Source of the DNA: Eledone cirrhosa
Lineage: Eukaryota
Assembly (NCBI GenBank): GCA_964016885.1
Contig: OZ024758.1
Span: forward strand, 28,148,001-28,212,000
DNA: 64,000 bases
Direction of reading: 5' to 3'
The notes under the pieces are model-generated. The model saw only the letters and a list, made by a program, of their open reading frames with translations, was not told the origin of the DNA and made no database searches. Within the stretch, counting starts at the first letter, position 1. The number at the start of each line of letters is the position of its first letter. Both the position numbers and the translations under genes were made by a program. This document shows positions 60,682 through 64,000 of this stretch, in pieces.

Positions 60682-62175
60682 CCAACTGGTGCTCGAACCA
60701 ACGAGGTGCCACAAAAACGTCCTAGACTTAATTTTCAGCAATCACACTGACAATATCCACAATATTGCAGTGGAGAAAACTCTACTCTCTGATCATGACA
60801 TGGTTCTCTGTGATCTGAGATTCCACCGTCCAATATACAAACCCAATGTCATCTCCTCCTGTCCATCCGTTTGACGCTATGGATTTCCACAATGCAAACT
60901 GGAAGCGATCAGTCATGATCTTGCACATGTCGACTGGTCCTTCACGCACACTCATACACCCACTAACATCAAAAAGTCCTGCAGACATTTGTGGACACTG
61001 TTACAAACATATGTGCTAAACACACCCCATTAAGAACTATAAACAAATCTAAGAGCAGAATCCTAGAAATAGAAAAACGCTCATCAGAAAAATTAAGAGA
61101 ACGAACAAAAAAATCAACAAGCTGAAATACTGTCAGCAGCAACACATCAACTTGACTGCCATTTCATCACTAGAGATTAAAAAACATAACCTCCAAAACA
61201 ACATAATGTCCCTCATCAACAATCAGAGAAGAGCTGAAGAGGCCTGGGCCATTGAGAAGATCAAACTCAATCCCAAAGTGTTCTTTTCATTTGCAAAAAA
61301 ACACAAAATCACTGGCTCTACTGTTGGCCCTCTAATTGATGAAAATGGCACTCTTCAAGACAATGCTAAAACCATGGGTGAGATACTGCAGAAACAATAC
61401 TGCTCTGTTTTCAGCAATCCTGATATGGCCGATCTGGGCTGTATCGGCGATGTTACTCCCCATTACACCTTATCGGACATAACGTTTGGCGCCCCTGATG
61501 TCTTGGCGGCAATAAAGGAAATCAAGCATAATTCAGCAGTAGGTCCCGATAGGTTCCCTGCTTGTGTCTTGAAGGCGTGTCAACACCAACTTGCATCTCC
61601 TCTTGCCAATCTGTGGCGGAACTCACTGGATGCTGGATATGTGCCAGAAAACCTATCCCAGTCTGTTGTCCCAGTTTTCAAAAGGGAAACAAATCCCTTG
61701 CCGTGAATTACCGTCCAATCTCACTCACCCTCTCATATCATTAAGGTATTTGAGCGAGTGGTGAGATCGCGAATGACCCACTTCCTTGAGAGTAACAATA
61801 TGCTGAACTCCAACCAGCATGGATTTCCGTAATGGAAGGGATTGCCTGACGCAGCTACTGCATCACTTTGATGACATTTGAGAGCCTTGGGAGAGGGTTC
61901 CAACACTGATGTTATCTACCTTGATTTCAGCAAGGCCTTTGACAGGGTTGATCATAACATTCTACTGAGAAAGCTGTCAATATTGGTGTCACTGGAAAGC
62001 TGCTGCAGTGGATCAAGAGCTTCCTGTCAAACAGAACCCAACATGTTGTAGTTGAGGGAGTCAAATCAAGCCCAGCCAAAGTCAGTAGTGGGGTCCCACA
62101 AGGCACTGTGTTGGGCCCACTTCTCTTCATCATCTATATTAATGACATCACTGACATCATCAAACACAGCAACAT
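60682..62175 (+). mobile_element. CR1/L2-group LINE ORF2 fragment (APE end, linker, RT), frameshifted
   Basis: [71 protein letters not shown]. Confidence 0.9.
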
Positions 62176-64000
62176 TAGTGAGGAATGTACATCCCAACAT
62201 AGCTTAGTTGTCAGCGACCTCACGGTCAGAACTAGACGAGCCCTGAAACAGAGGCCAACCTGGAGAAGAAAGATCTGGAAGCTGAAAGTCCCCTCAACCA
62301 GTAACAGATTTAAAGATATTTTACTCAACGCCTACGACAGTAAAGAAGAACAGATACAGACATTTAACGTAGAAGAGAACTGGGAGTTCCTAAAAAATAA
62401 CTTACTAGAGGCGACGGATGAGGTTTGTGGCTGGAGTAAGACCTCAAGCAGGAGGAGAGTGACTTGGTGGTGGAACAATAAGGTAGATGAAGCAGTCAAG
62501 GCCAAGAGACAGGCATGGAAAGAATGGAAGACGGGGGGAGCAGGGTACATACATAGAGACCAAGAGGGAAGCTAGGCGACAAGTATACTTAGCTAGGAGG
62601 GGAAGCAGAGGATAGAAAATTCAAGCATGTTTTACAACGTGAGGACCAGAAACAGGAGGTATTCAAGATTGCGAGGCAGTGTGTCAGAGATAGTTGTGAT
62701 GTCATTGGAGAGAAGTGTATCCGGAATGATAAAGGTGAGCTTGCCCTCACAAGTGCTGAGAAGAAAGATGCATGGAAGAGTCATTATGATAGATTACTAA
62801 ATGAGGAGAATGCATGGGAAGAAGAGACCCTACCCCACGTAGACCCTATAGAGGGACCAGCAGTACAAGTCAGCGGCAGCGTAGTAAGTAAGGCAATCAG
62901 AGATATGAAGATAGGGAAGGCAACCGGTCCATCGGGTATAGCTGCCGAGATGCTGAAGGCATCTGGGTCTGTAGGTCACACTATAACCACACGTATCGTT
63001 AACCAGGTAATACTAGAGGGGGCCATACCAAAAGATTGGTGCAGTAGCATCATTGTCAACTGCTACAAAGGTAAAGGCGATGCACTAGATAGAGGAAACT
63101 ATAGAGGTATAAAGTTGATGGACCAGGTCATGAAAGTAACAGAAAGAGTTATAGCACAGCTGATTAGGGACCGGGTGAATATAGACGAGATGCAATTTGG
63201 GTTTGTACCAGGGAAAGGCACCACTGATGCCCTCTTCCTTGTGAGGCAATTACAGGAAAAGTACCTAGCTAAAAGTAAGCCACTCTACTTGGCATTTGTC
63301 GACCTTGAGAAAGCCTTTGACAGAGTTCCACGTGCAGTAATCTGGTGGGCTCTTAGAAAACTAGGAGTAGATGAATGGTTTGTGAAAGCGGTACAAGCCA
63401 TGTATAGGGGAGCAGTCAGCAAAGTTAGGATTGGCAATGAGTATAGCGAGGAATTTAGCGTACAGGTTGGGGTCCACCAGGGCTCTGTTCTTAGCCCTCT
63501 CCTGTTCATCATAGTCCTGCAGGCAATAACGGAGGAGTTTAAGACCGGATGCCCATGGGAACTCCTGTATGCTGATGACCTCGCACTCATAGCTGAATCT
63601 ATGGTAGAACTAGAGAATAAATTCCAAACCTGGAAGCAGGGACTAGAGAGAAAGGGCCTCAAAGTCAACATGACAAAGACTAAGGTCCTTATAAGTAGAC
63701 GAGAAAACAGAACCCAGATCCCCTCAGGGAAATGGCCTTGCTCAGTATGTAGGAAAGGTGTAGGTAGGAACTCCATTCTCTGCCCCAAATGCAAACAATG
63801 GGTACACAAGAGATGTAGCGGGATCTCAGGAAGCTTAATTAAGAATGTAGGATTCACATGCAGCAGCTGTGCTGAAACAGCAAGCAAACAGCCACAGGAA
63901 ACAAGTACCACCAATCTCTGGGAGGGCCCTGTAGAAACAGTAGACAGCTTCTGCTACCTAGGTGACCGAATTAGCAACGGAGGTGGGTGCTCAGAAAGTA
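62176..64000 (+). mobile_element. RTE family C, 5'-truncated, continues beyond the window
   Basis: EECTSQHSLVV, RVTWWWN, RT motifs with LLYADD at about 63560, PHD-like finger at about 63735-63870. Confidence 0.94.

Overview
Eukaryotic, AT-rich, almost entirely repetitive window with no convincing host gene. The SINE and LINE families and the extreme (TA)n/(CA)n content suggest a coleoid cephalopod (Octopus-like); this attribution is inference. Contents: several RTE-clade LINE families (A, B, C, decayed D, and a BovB-like one), CR1-like and CRE-like LINE fragments, two tRNA-derived SINE families, non-autonomous Helitrons with RepHel helicase remnants, TTAA-flanked piggyBac-like and Tc1/mariner-like MITEs, Penelope-type minimal hammerhead motifs, about 20 kb of compound microsatellite, and six minisatellite arrays each traceable to a TE segment. 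Most notable: (1) RTE ORF2 proteins carry a C4HC3 PHD-like finger inserted inside the RT domain and sit in (TA)n tracts; (2) LINEs and SINEs exchange modular 3' UTRs and tails; (3) an inverted, circularly permuted duplication of about 480 bp; (4) window-wide strand bias of LINEs and microsatellites. The long Y/I/H/T/C/V-rich ORFs in the track are microsatellite artefacts. Coordinates were read by eye and the boundaries of decayed elements are approximate.
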